Shown: positions 48,903 to 61,639, counted from the stretch's first letter. The stretch: 64,000 bases of DNA from the human T2T-CHM13v2.0 reference genome, Homo sapiens (GCF_009914755.1 NC_060928.1), one strand, 5' to 3'. A program made the numbers and translations. The notes: generated by a model not told the origin, from the sequence alone.

Positions 48903-49881
48903 ATTGATTTTCTTGAATTCCTGTAGCTGTCTGAGGCTCCCTCATGTTTATTTCCTAAACTCTCTTACTTATCTGTATTCAAAAATAGAGGTGCGATGAA
49001 ACTAAGATGGGTGATATTGTGTTGTTCTATCTTTCATATATCAAATGGCAGTCAATGATCCACATTCAGTGAAACTTGGAAATATAGGTAGCCAAAAGAA
49101 CACACGTATTCCTAAGGTTGATTTAATATTGCAGTCTTTAGTAGTGGGGCTGCTAGGATAATATAATCAGTATTTAGTCAGTTCAGAGAGTTCCTATTGC
49201 AGAATTAGAGGGAAGGAACTCCAAGGAAAACGTGGTTCGAAACTTAATAGCATCTCTTCTATCTAGCTGTGTACTTAAAAATTCCACTCTTGGGTCCCTG
49301 TGCCTCTTCTACTATAGCAAAATGAAATGTTGGCAAAAATATTCTGTGCTTACCACCTACAAAGATGCATTCCTTCTCCTATTTTTAATGCTTGAAGTGT
49401 ACAATTTCCAGTGTATTTTAGTCTCTGATTTTGTGAGTTGGTGCCCATCACAGGAAATGCATCCTCCAAATTACAGTCCGGTTCACCACTCTGCGCCAAA
49501 ACAGTTTAACTGAATAAAAACCACCACCCAATAATTTTGCAAAGAGTTACACAACCGTGTTCTATGGCTGTATCGGATGAGGTGGAAAGAGGGGGAAAGT
49601 GTTTGTTTTTTTGATTTTTCCCCACCCCTTTCTTCTTGTCCTATGAAGCTGTCATGCTTACTCGTTCTCTTCCAACCGCTTAATGAAATTTAAGAAAACA
49701 GTGTTAAAATGTTTCAGTTTCTGTTCATTACTAAACAGTGATGAACATACTATAAAACATATTATAAATACTTTAGTGCAAGGGACAAATAAAGAAGAAA
49801 TATAAGCATGAGAGAAATTTTTCATTTTACTGGTGTCACGGTAGACCTGAAAATAAAGATTTTCTATCACTACCCTCTTAC

Positions 49882-50045
49882 CTGCTGGAATTCTTCCATC
49901 TGTGAGAAACAGGTCGCTGAATCCTTCACCCAACAGCCTATCTATTGGAGAATCTCGCCCCAAATCATAATCACTGTCTCCTGCCTCACTGTCACCACGG
50001 CCACTGTCTTTCAAGCTAAATTTGTCCATGTCTTGAAGGGCATAT
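49882..50045 (-). CDS. PCDH18: Protocadherin-18 exon 3 (164 nt, CM1 motif)
   Basis: TTTCCAG| acceptor and |GTAAGA donor; [25 protein letters not shown]. Confidence 0.96.
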
Positions 50046-50135
50046 CTGGAAAGATAAATCACAAAAAAAAATTACAGTTTTTACTCTTCAGCATTTATGT
50101 TGAAACTTAATAGGTAACACAAGAATAATTCATAC

Positions 50136-50224
50136 CTGTAGCTCCTGGAATATTTGTTTCCTCGAAAACTTGGTCTTGGCTGATATTGCCCCTGGTGAAG
50201 CATTGAAAGAAGCTGAGAGACCTG
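50136..50224 (-). CDS. PCDH18: Protocadherin-18 exon 2 (89 nt, or 86 nt with the distal NAGNAG acceptor)
   Basis: TTTCCAG|CAG|GTC acceptor and |GTATGA donor; [29 protein letters not shown]. Confidence 0.94.
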
Positions 50225-51005
50225 CTGGAAACCAAATAGACAGAACTGATTCCCGGAAACAAGCCTCCAAACACTCACAATCTTTAAGCAAGAAAAACAG
50301 TTGCTTGCTATTTCAACTAAGTAATTGAATATATTCTCTCTATTTAAAAGATTTGCAAATGCTGGACTGTGGCGGACCACGCAGCCAGCTACCAACTATA
50401 ACTAAAATATATCTCAGAGAGATTTGGATGACCTAATACAACTGACTTTTACTTTGTGAAAGAAGACTCCCTTTCAAATAACTGATTTATTTTCTTTATA
50501 ATTCAGACAAAGTGACCACCTGTAAAAATACATGGAAAATACTGTAAAATACAACACTGCAATGCATGTAGTTTAAAAAATGTCAGGAAATCTTCCAAAC
50601 TTGGACAAACATAGCATGCATTGAAATAGAAGTCTGAAGGCCTCAGTTTTTTTATTTGTTCAGTAAAGACTATAACCTTGAAAATAAAGCAAGTCTCTAC
50701 TTTTTGGCTTCCCATTATTTTAATCTGGGAAGCAAGGGGACTCTAATTACATAGTCCTTTGTGACCTTCACATTTATTTTTCAATATTACACATATTATA
50801 TGAAGTTATTTACTTAAGGAAAACTAAAAACAGTATGCTAAAGTGTGCATCTTTGCTACATATTCACAATGTAACTTGTATCCTACTTAATTTGCACAGT
50901 ATTAGTATTGTTACTTATTAATGAAAACATTTAAGAACTAGTAAACACAATTCCTGAACACTAACACCTAACATTGCAATGAATTGATGCGGTTTATGAT
51001 CTTAC

Positions 51006-53492
51006 CTCAACAGCAGGAGTGGCGTGGGTGAGTTCTAATGAGAAATTCTCTGGCACGTGGTTTGATGAGATTGTCACCAAACTGTTGAGTGACTGGTGAC
51101 TGTTGTGACTCTGCCGGCTGCCCATCTGCCCTCTTTCTAAGGTAGGAGATGAAGATGGAGACGATCTGTGATGAGATCTGATGGGCAGAGTGCCATTTAT
51201 GGTAGGCACCAATGTGATGTCCCCTTTGTGAATCTGCCGGGATGGCCTTTTTGGGTGGTGCTGGTAAGTTGATTCGGCCACCCTGCAGTTATAGGATCTA
51301 GTGTCTTTCTTCTCGCGGTTACACCTAGTTGCAAATAGCACCATAATAACCAGCAACACTGCACAAATTGCTCCTAAGGAAATAATTATTATCATGGAGA
51401 CATCCAAGGATGCCTGGCTTACTGAAGTCATTGCTGTACTTGTCACCGACTCTGCATATTCAAAGATCATGCACTTCAGAAGGACTTTGGTATGTAGCTG
51501 AGGATTGCCTTTGTCCTGAATGATAACTGACAGCTCCCATTCTGTGTAGGGAACAGAATCCATGCTAACGTTGGTATGGATGTCACATGATCGTGGATCA
51601 ATTATGAAGATATTCTCCTCATTACCTGCTACTATGGCGCAGCTGAGTTCAGCATTCACACCAGAGTCTCTGTCAATTGCCCTTATTCTTGTGACATGAA
51701 AGCCACTTTCAGCCCCTTTGGGAATGGTGATTTCTGCCGTATTATTACGCAATGCAGGCCCTATAACCACAGGAACGTTGTCATTTTCGTCAATGATGGT
51801 GAGCACAACTGTGGTATTGCTTACCAGTTGCTTCGGGCTTCCTCCATCTCTTGCTTCTACCACAAAAGTGATCTGACTCACTTCTTCATGATCAAAGATT
51901 CTGAGGGCATAGATGGCTCCATTAGATGGGTCAATGGTTACATATGTAGTTATGGAACTTCCTAGAATAAAACTCTCCAAGATGGTGTATGTCACTTGCC
52001 CATTTTCTCCAAGATCAGGATCTGTGGCTGTAACAGTGGTGATATATGCCCCTGGTGAGTTATTTTCTGAAATTACAAATTCATATCGGCTTCTCTGGAA
52101 GTGGGGTGGATTGTCATTGATATCATTGATTTGAACTGTAAAATGTTTCACTGTAGAGAGACTGGGTGTCCCCCTGTCCTCAGCGATTACAGTCAAACTA
52201 TACTCAGATCTCTTTTCTCTATCCAGTGTGGCATTAGTTAAGATTAAATAATTGTTTTCATATGTCTTCTGAAGTTTAAAGTGACCATGTCCATGAAGCT
52301 TACAAACTATTTCTCCATTCAGCCCAGAATCCTTGTCCTGAACTCTGACCAAAGCAACAAATGTATCAATAGGATCCCCTTCAAAAATATAAGATATTTC
52401 TTCTTTTCCAGGGGACATGAGGTTGATGTTAATTTCAGGTTTATTGTCATTAACATCCACAACCTTAATTATAATTTTGCAATGGGCTGGGATTGAATTT
52501 GGACCCAAATCTTGAGCCTGAACATCAATCTCATAGGATTTGGTGATTTCATAATCCACTTGCTTGAAAAGAGTCAAATGTCCTCTTTCAGAATCAATTT
52601 TAAAAGTCTCCATAATTTTGGGAGACACATGACTGCTGAAGGAATATACAATTTTCCCATTAGCGCCCTCATCTGGATCCGTGGCATTCAGATCTAAGAG
52701 CAAAGTGCCAACCGGGGAGTTTTCTAAGAGTTGTATTATATAAGATTGCTGCTCAAAAGCAGGGCTGTTGTCATTGGAGTCTGAAATGCTTATTTTTAGT
52801 ATGGATGAGCCAGACCTCTGAGGTACTCCCATGTCTGAGGCAGTGAGCTGAAGCTCGTAGCTTGACTTCAGCTCCCGATCTAACTCTCTGACCACTATGA
52901 GTTCTGCATACTTGGCTCCATCAGTCCTGGTCCGAACCTCGATATTAAAAAAATCATTGGCAGAGAGCGAGTATGTGTGGAGGGAATTTTCCCCAACATC
53001 TGGATCAAATGCACTGTCCAGGGGAATGCGAGTCCCAACTGCTGCACTCTCAGATATCTCAATAGGTATGAGAGATCTTGAAAACTGGGGAGAATTGTCA
53101 TTAATATCCAGCACTTCAACTTCAATATGGAAAAGCTGCAGATGCTCTGTGGGTAGAGTGATCACATCAAACTCTATGGAACAGTTCAAGTTTTTCTGGC
53201 ACAGTTGTTCACGGTCAATTGTAGCCCCTATGCTGATTTCCCCATTATCCTCGTTTACTACAAGTAGAGGAGAATTTCCCCTCTGCATGGCTCGAAATCG
53301 AACAGTAGAAGGATTAGGAAGCTTCAATAAAACATCAGCCACATCCTCTGATAGTCTTGCAATTACTGATCCAACCCTCTGTTCCTCATAAATCCTGTAT
53401 TTCAAATTCTTGCCCAGTACATCGTGGTTGAAAGATACTATCAGAAGTGCAAAAACAAACCTAAAGTGCATTTTAGCATTCATTTGGTGCAT
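51006..53492 (-). CDS. PCDH18: Protocadherin-18 exon 1, coding part (signal peptide, 6 cadherin repeats, TM, proximal tail)
   Basis: MHQMNAKMHFRFVFALL; repeated DRE, DxNDN and AxDxG motifs; TM IIIISLGAICAVLLVIMVLF; donor GAG|GTAAG. Exons sum to 2487+89+164+668=3408 nt. Confidence 0.97.
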
Positions 53493-53899
53493 TGGTCAGT
53501 TTATGAGATTTCCCTCACAGAGCAAGTTAAAACAGCAAAGCAATTGCCTCAACTTCCTTTGGCAACGTAAAGCTACATTTGGTACTTGAAACTTGAAAGC
53601 GTCTCTTAATAACACAGCACAGCAATTAACAGCTCGCAAACTTTTGTTTTATACACACCGTGTCACGACTTCCAGATACCTTCGGCATGGAGTCCAGTCC
53701 TTGCGTTTGTTTGGTCGTTCGTCCTCTTTCCAGGCAGGAGAGTGTCACCTCCGCGTTTTCTCCCTTGTGTAGTCGGAATCCATCTATTGCAGGGTGCCGG
53801 TGGAGTCTGCAGTGTGTCTTTCCTGAGCGATTCTTTCTCCCTTTAGCTGCTCGGCTGCAGACTAAACACCCGTGATTGCTGACTCCAGTCTAAAATCTG

Positions 53900-54250
53900 T
53901 ACAACTTCACTTCAACTCAGACAAAGCTCTTGCCCAGCGTGTGTTGAATCGCTTCCAGCCAATCAGCGTGCTTCCAAATCAAAAGCTGATGGAGTCACCC
54001 AAGGAGGGAGGGCGAGAGTGGAGGGTGGGAGAGAGAAAGAGACGGAGAAGGAGGAAGGCGGGGGTGGGTGCGCGAGGGAGAGAAGGGGAGATGGGCTGGT
54101 GGGGGCTGGGGGAGGAGATGGGAGCCAGTCCTTCCCTGTTCCTTCCTTCTTCCTCCCCACTCCCCCTCCGCCTTTCAATCTACTGCATTCACTTTCTCTG
54201 AGCGTGCCATGACAAAGGGGAGACAAATTACAGAAGAAAAACTTTAAATC
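53900..54250 (-). promoter_or_regulatory. PCDH18 proximal promoter (CCAAT box, GC box, purine and pyrimidine tracts)
   Basis: AGCCAATCAG at ~53957, GGCGGGG at ~54057, local CpG enrichment over 53620-54080; exact TSS not determinable. Confidence 0.65.
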
Positions 54251-57200
54251 AACTTCTGGTCGCCTTTATTTATATGGCACGTTAAATTCTTCTTGTTTTC
54301 TTAATTGCCCTTTCTTCTGCCACAGACATGTAATCATCTTGCTTTTCATAGTCCTTAAGTGCTAGTTTAACTTAAAATACCTCTAAGTGCGTTTTGTTGG
54401 TGGAGGAATTTAATACAATTTGAAAACTTGCTTCTAATTATGCTTCTCAGACCACCTCCTTCCCCACTCCCTCTGTAAATACTTGGGCCTTTCTCCTTCC
54501 AGGAGCACAAGCAGATTTTCTTGGGGCTCTGTTTTTAAAGAACGGAGCAAGTAAAGAGGTTTCATTTTCTGTTTTCTTTCATCTTTATTCTTTGAAGATA
54601 AAAAAAGGGCTATCTTGCACTCTTCATTTCTCTTAATTAGCAAGACTTAAGGGAACACCTCAGAATTTGGAACTAATTAACAATATAGTTCTACCTTGTA
54701 TGATTTCTTTCCTTGAGTTTGGGCAAAATTGTTTGTAATATTTCTTTGTCCTGTACTTCAAAAAAATCCTATTTATCTTGGGTAAAAGACACTGCAAGCT
54801 TTAGCATGCCAATTTCTACCAAAAGGCACTATCTATACATGGCTAGTCTTTGCAGTGAATACAGGGGGGACATGGACTCAATAGTTTACAAGTCAAATTT
54901 TTATAATATATGCATTATTTATGAAAACACTTCAGATATGTATTTTAAAAACCCCAAAGGTTGTTTACACTGACAAATCAAATGCCTGAGCTGAAAATTG
55001 CATTTTGTATGCATCAAAATGCTAGGAAATATCATGGGAGGCTTGTGCTCTATCCAGGTCACAGAAACTGATACGGTATTCTTATTTGAAAATATGATTA
55101 TTTATGATGTTCTTTCTGCTCTGCAATTCCTTTTAAGTTTATCATCGTGGCTCCATTTTTGCTGCTTTTTTTCATACCTTTTTCCTTATTCCTCAGCTGT
55201 CTTCATCCGCTTGCATATTTGCTGTTTCACAGAATGTCATTGTCACTTTTTTCCATTTATTTTTTCTCACTGTCTATTTTGCCCCCCAGAAACATATAAA
55301 AAAAGTAATTTTCTGATTTTTCCACTTTGCTTACTCTCAGCAGAGCTCAGCTAAAGTCACTAAGAAGGCTCTTTCCAAAAAAGAAAGCAGAGGAGTCTCA
55401 GCGTGAATTCTCCTTCTTTTTAGGCATTCAAAAGCATTTTATAAGCCATTGTCTTTTTTTCCCCCTCCTGAAATCAGTGCTGTGTGGCAAATTGTGCAGA
55501 ATAGAAATGCCTATAATGAATGTATTTAGTACTGGGTCACGCTGATGAACATTCTGCCCCCATGAATAATACTGTTTTACAAGTTTGTAGCCCTTTCAAA
55601 TTGCTGATCCCCAAACCCTATAGGCAAACTAGGAAAACTACCACAAGCAAGGGGGACTTTAGAAACCCATAGCCATCTGGCCTAGATCTCTAACAATCTG
55701 AGCCAATAATTATATCAATTCAGGCTTTAGCGAACCCCTTTGCAAACACCAAAAGAGCAAAGAAAGGAATTAGTGACTATTCAAAGTTGGGGTGAGAATT
55801 CAAAGGTAACCTAATTCCATTAGTTCTAGGAAAATTTTCTTTCAGAATTTGATAAGTCTACCCCCCAAAAAACTTCAAGAGCAATCGATTTGATTACCTT
55901 GATACGGATTTTTTTTATGCTTAAAAAGTAAAAATAATAAAAAGCTCTTTTATTTCTGACAGTGGGCTTGAACAGAAATAATCATTGTGAAAAAGAGCTT
56001 CACTGTAACTTACTGAAATATTAAATAACTTGTAAAATAATATATCCTCCAAAATGATATGTTTCTATGAGTAAGTATTTAAAGAACTTGGCATTCTTTC
56101 ACCAACAGTGGCTTTTTTCACTTGCAATATCATCCTTACCACATATTATTTCCTTTTCAGCTTCCCAATCTCTTCCTGAGAAGTCACATGTATCTACTCA
56201 AAAGTGATGTGCTTTCGATTTATCCTTGTTATGCACTGATCTGTTCTTTATGTTTTTTTCCCCAAAAGTACAGAATTAAAAATAAATCTTTTCTTTGTAA
56301 TATTGTATCACTAGTTCTAACAATTTAAATTTTCCTCATTTGGTATCCCTGAAAAGATAACATAAAACTATCTCCCAAACTATTTACTATCCATGAAAGG
56401 GTTTATATCAGGGGAGAAAAACTGATAAACTTCTATTAGCTGTTATCTAATGATGACCTGGTTGAACTTCATCCTTCTGGAATTTGATGAAGTCATGAAA
56501 AAGGGGTAGACCCTCTAAAACAACTTCAGATAACCAGTAAGGGAGAGTTGATTGAATGTTTCTTAAAGTCCACCCTCTTTTGATATGGCAGTCTTTGTTG
56601 CCAAAGAAAGGAAGTGGGTCCTCTTGAAGACTGTGCCCTCTTGAGTGATGTTAAGCACAGCAGCAAAGTGCTTCTAAGCTTCTAGAGGCAAATCGCAGAT
56701 ACATCCATCCTGTTGTGCATATTTTATCTATGAAGCTCCTTTTACCACTTCAGTTTAATTGGGCAGAAAACTGCTAAACCTAGATAAAAGATATCAACCG
56801 GCATTTACAATACATCCTTTCACCTCTAATAACACTTTCACCATGCCATTTACTTTTATTACTTTTGTTCTAAGGAAAATTAAGCTTTATAATTCTAAAT
56901 TTTGAATGATTTTGTTCCTATTCAAGAGGAAGGAAAACATAGAACTCAATTGTAAGGCTCAAATTTATCTGCATTACATGAAGCAAAGTGTCTCTTTTGG
57001 TACTGGAATACAAGATGAAAGTCACTAAAATTCCTTACACGCAGATATGTATTTTGTTTTTTGATTTTTTGCTATTAATTTATATTTTATTAGAGCATAT
57101 GAGATTAAAAGGTAGGTTAATAAATATTCACTTTTATCTCACTATATGTCAAAATAATGGCGTGAGACTTACAATCTTCTGATTGATTGGTATAGTTCAC

Positions 57201-57399
57201 AATCTTTCCTCACAGCATTTGTTGTGAAACATAGAAGAAAATCATGGTCCTGCTTGGCACCATATGGCTGTAACAAGCTTAAATAATTACTCTGCATCCT
57301 GGGAAATTAGGGACAAAGGCTTTTCCAGACAAAGGTTAGTAAAGTTAAGGAATTCCAAGACTATAGACCTGCTTAAGATAAAGAGCTTGCTTGGCTTTT

Positions 57400-57600
57400 T
57401 GTATGAGCCCAACAACTGTGGGTACCACCAGTTGGCAGTTATGTAATCCTGGACAAATTATTTAACTTCTCTGCAAATGTATAATCCTCCATGAGGTGGG
57501 AGTAATAATTTACTCTAAAAAATTCTTTTAAGAATTTCGATGACTGGGGCTTTCCACAAAGGCTGGCCCAGTAAACACACAACAAAGGTTAGTTTCCTTT
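57400..57600 (+). mobile_element. MIR SINE, degraded
   Basis: TGTAATCCTGGACAAATTATTTAACTTCTCTG core. Confidence 0.6.
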
Positions 57601-58984
57601 TCTTAACCTGTGTGTGTCTGTTTTCCTCCTAACATTCATTGAAGAAGAACAAAATGTGGATTATAGCCGCAGAACTTGGTACTTCTCAGACTTTTGGTTT
57701 AGATGCATACATAATTTTATGTTGAAAAGATAAAGCTCTCTTCATCTTGACTTATAAAGGTCACCTGTGAAACATAATTGACAAAAATAATAGTATTGAA
57801 CTGTGATGGTCTTGAAAACTTGCTGCTTTCCTGAATAAAATTCCAATACCTACCAACTATACTCAACTATACCTCCAGGCCCTAAACCATAGAAACATAT
57901 CTACAAATACAATTAGAAGTCTACCAGGTGTTTATTTTTCTTTTATATTTGATAGTATACACATCTACTATTTGCCTGTTCTCAAGGCTTTTGCACTAAA
58001 CAGTTGTTTCTTTAAATTTCATGTGAAACTGTAGCAGGAAGACAAAAGGATATGATTTGATGTATCGTGGTAGTGACAAGGAAATATAAAATTTGTCAAA
58101 TAAGATTTTTATTTAAAAACCAACCTTAGGCCTTTTGTCAATCACATTACATCTCTCTATGTTGTTCTTCCTTTATTCCATTTACTAATAGATTTAAGAA
58201 TATAATAATGAAAAGTCACCAAACAATATGAACTCTTTATGAGACAAAATTTATCAACATAAGATCAAAGGTTGGGAAATGAAAATAGATCCCAAACTAT
58301 CTTTAGATGTGTGTAACAGAAATAGACTTTAGTTGAATTCTGATCAAAACTGAATGTGCTAAGCACCCACAGGAGGCCCACGCACCTGGAAGCATAGCTG
58401 TGCTAGGGCTGTGAGGCAGCACAAACCAGGGGCCAAGAAGAGTTGGAGTCCGTGAAATACAGTGACAGGTGCTAGGTCAATTTTGTCTTAGTGGGCAATC
58501 AGTATTTAGGATGTTCTGCCAAAGGTAATATGCCAAGTTCCAGCAGGTGACTTAGGGTCTGGCAAAAGGCAATCTATTGAGTCCAGATGAAAGGCATGTA
58601 GGTGAGCTGCTATTCCAAACAATACGACTTCCTTCAGGACTTCCAAACAAGGCAGGTTATGAAATTCAGGATTAAAACAGGAAGAACAAAACAGGCACCT
58701 AGAAGTTCAGTGTTTTGTAAATGGGCACATACGAAAAGCCTCCTCACAATTGGAGACCAGATTGCAAAGTTAAACTAGATGGCAGCAAAATTGACTTTTA
58801 AATTGACTTTTAGGATTATTCATCTGAATTCCTTAAATTCTTTCCTTTCAGTACAGTACCTTGAGGCAAAAAACTAAGCCTACAAAGCGTCTTCCTATAG
58901 TTGCAGCTGAGAAGATTTGTGGAAATGGGTGGTGGGGAGACTAAACCCTTAGGTGACTTGAGTCTCAATTTTTAGTTTAAGCGT

Positions 58985-59702
58985 TGCCATTCAATGTATG
59001 GGCTTTAAAGCAGCAGCATGGGCATTAGCTGTAAGCTTGTTAGAAATGTAGAGTCTCAGACGGTACCCCAGACCTACTTAAACAAATTCTACATTTATTT
59101 ATTTATTTTTTAATTATACTTTAAATTCTAGGGTACATGTGTACAACGTGCAGGTTTGTTACATATGTATCCATGTGCCATGTTGGTATGTTGTACCCAT
59201 TAACTCGTCCTTTACTTTAGGTATATCTCCTAATGCTACCCCTCCCCGCTCTTCCCACCCCATAACAGGCCCCGGTGTGTAATGTTCCCCACCCTGTGTC
59301 CAAGTGTTCTCATTGTTCAATTCCCACCTATAAGTGAGAACATGCAGTGTTTGGTTTTCTGTCCTTGCGATAGTTTGCTCAGAATGATGGTTTCCAGCTT
59401 CATCCATGTCCCTACAAAGGACATGAACTCATCCTTTTTTATGGCTGCATAGTATTCCATTGTGTATATGTGCCACATTTTCTTAATCCATAAGATTTAA
59501 GTACCATCATGTCAGAAGTTGCACCACTTCATTCAGACTACTCTTCTTAGCAATGTCTCAAAATTTAATGTGCATAGGAATCACCAGAGGACCTTATTAA
59601 AATGCAGAATTTCTTGACCAACCCAAATGTCCATCAACAAATTCTGCATTTTAATAAGGTCCTCTGGTGATTCCTATGCACATTAAATTTTGAGACATTG
59701 CT
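58985..59702. mobile_element. MER5A (hAT-Charlie MITE) split by an L1 insertion (58985-59096 and 59636-59702)
   Basis: GCTTGTTAGAAATGTAGAGTCTCAG...CCCAGACCTACT, resuming AAATTCTGCATTTTAATAAG...GGTGATTCCTATGCACATTAAATTTTGAG. Confidence 0.85.
59097..59490 (-). mobile_element. 5'-truncated L1 (L1PA4/5-like) 3' end
   Basis: Reverse-complement L1 3'UTR and ORF2 C-terminus with T tail; TSD AACAAATTCT(A/G)CATTT at 59081 and 59636. Confidence 0.93.
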
Positions 59703-59765
59703 AAGAAGAGTAATCTACTGAGTGAAGTGGTGAAACTTCTGACATGATGGTACTTAAATCTTATG
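59489..59765. repeat. Near-perfect palindrome: arms 59489-59612 and 59639-59765, 26-bp spacer
   Basis: Arms differ by 3 substitutions and one 3-nt indel in a hand alignment. Confidence 0.95.
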
Positions 59766-60592
59766 TGCTGTGAGATTTTTCTCCTCCAGGGAGTTTAGAG
59801 ATAATTGGCACATGGAGAAGATTACCAGAAAAAGGGCCAGAGCTAAGACCTCATTAATTCAAGAATATAAGTAGAAGTGATATAAGAAAACTTCTCTGTT
59901 TAGTTAAATTCACAGAAAGAGAAGGGAAATTAAGCTTCCCTCTGGATCTAAGGTTTTATAGCAGCTATCACCCAGTTTATCCATTAGGCAGTACAGTTTC
60001 CATCAGCAAGGAAAACGCTTTTTAGAAAAAGAGATCTAATAATACTTTTGGAAGAGCTATTTCCGAAGGTGAAAATATCTCCAATGTCATAATATTTATT
60101 TGTATACTTGTGCATATGTATATGTTTAGGAATCTCTGGTTGAGTGTTTCATATTTGTGAAGTACATATAAATCACAAGTTTGCTTTATGTTTTCTTCAT
60201 GGCAACATTCCTTCGTTTATCATTCTTTTATCATGCGGCAAAGCAAATCTTGAGAATACAGTTTATTTTATCCTTAAATACTTCCAGCTCAGAATTAAGA
60301 ATACAAATCAAAGTGTGACAGAAAGTTTATTGCCAATGTCTGACTCTTTGTGTTCATGTTAAAATACACTTCATGTATGATACTTCTGGATGCTCTTAAT
60401 AAATAGCTAATTTATCCAACCATTTTTTGTTGTTCCAACTAGGAGTATCACACTGTTCATAGACTGGCATCTACTCTCAAGAAAAAAGTTTTTATAATGT
60501 AAAGGAGAACTGTTATCATTCAGAAATATGAGCATCCACTTAAATAACAAAAACCAAGTCAATGATATTTTAGGATATATTAGGTAAGATTA

Positions 60593-60642
60593 AAACTTTT
60601 TGAAAGTTTTTGAAACTTTTTTGAAACTTTTTGAAAGGTTTT
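60593..60642. repeat. 10-bp tandem repeat AAA(C/G)TTTTTG, about 5 copies
   Basis: Direct reading. Confidence 0.85.
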
Positions 60643-61639
60643 AATATAGTATGTTAAGCTTGGATAAGTGATAAGTATCGGCATCAAATATGCATAAAAA
60701 TTATTAGTAAATACCATGCAACTTCATGGTCCAATTTCTTATTTACTTAGAATTTGTAAGAAGTTATTCACTTTAGGTTTATCATCCATCAATTGAAACA
60801 CTTTTAACAAGGAGCAATCAAGGATATTTGTAGTGTATACAGTTAACAGCAGTGTTATAAAATTGAGGGATGCTTAATTTTACAAGAAAAAGAAAAAAGT
60901 TCAAAGTATTCTCTCCAAAAGCAACTTTCATCAAAAAATAACTAAAATTTCATAAAATAAAGGAAATAAATGATAGAGATTAAGAACATCTAGTAGATAC
61001 TTAGCTATAAAGTTGATCTCTGAAAATGCATGTGCTTACCATTTCTTTACTCACTTACACTTACAAAGAGAATAAACAGTTCACATATAGGTTTTACATA
61101 ATAAGTATCTGAATGTATGTGAATTAAATAGAAAATATTTCAAAGGGAATGAGACTGAGGAGAGTTGTTAGACCTTCACTGAAAATAATGCCTATTTCCT
61201 ACGAGACTCATAGCAGCCCACCATTTGTAACAATATAGTGCCTCTTTTATTATCGTCTAGTATTTATTTTTAATTTGGGTAAGTTATTTTAATTGTAATA
61301 AACTAATCAATTATAGCTCATATTCTCTATCCAAAAGAATTTAAGCTTCAAAGTAGGCTCCCATTTAGTTAAGAGGGCAAATTTACAGTTTACACGTGGA
61401 CTGTGTTACTGATATAAAAAATACCATCTATAATAGTTACATCTCACCTAGCATTTGAATGTAAAGGTCTTGGACCATAATAAAAATAAAGATAATAGTT
61501 ATTGAACCATATTGAGTGCCAAGTGAGCTACACATATATTTCCTTTAATTCTTACTATAATTTTAATAATGAAATATTTATGATTGTTAGAAACATGTGG
61601 GATATAATAATAGAACTTGGCTAAAATTGTCAAAAAAAG

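Noticed and set aside
50046-50135. 90-nt intron 2 as an in-frame retained insert
   Set aside because: Length is a multiple of 3 but it contains an in-frame TAA, so retention truncates the protein
52897-53391. 164-aa plus-strand ORF and other ORFs antisense to PCDH18 exons (42591, 51301-52697)
   Set aside because: Antisense shadows of the cadherin codon pattern; no recognisable domain, mostly non-ATG starts
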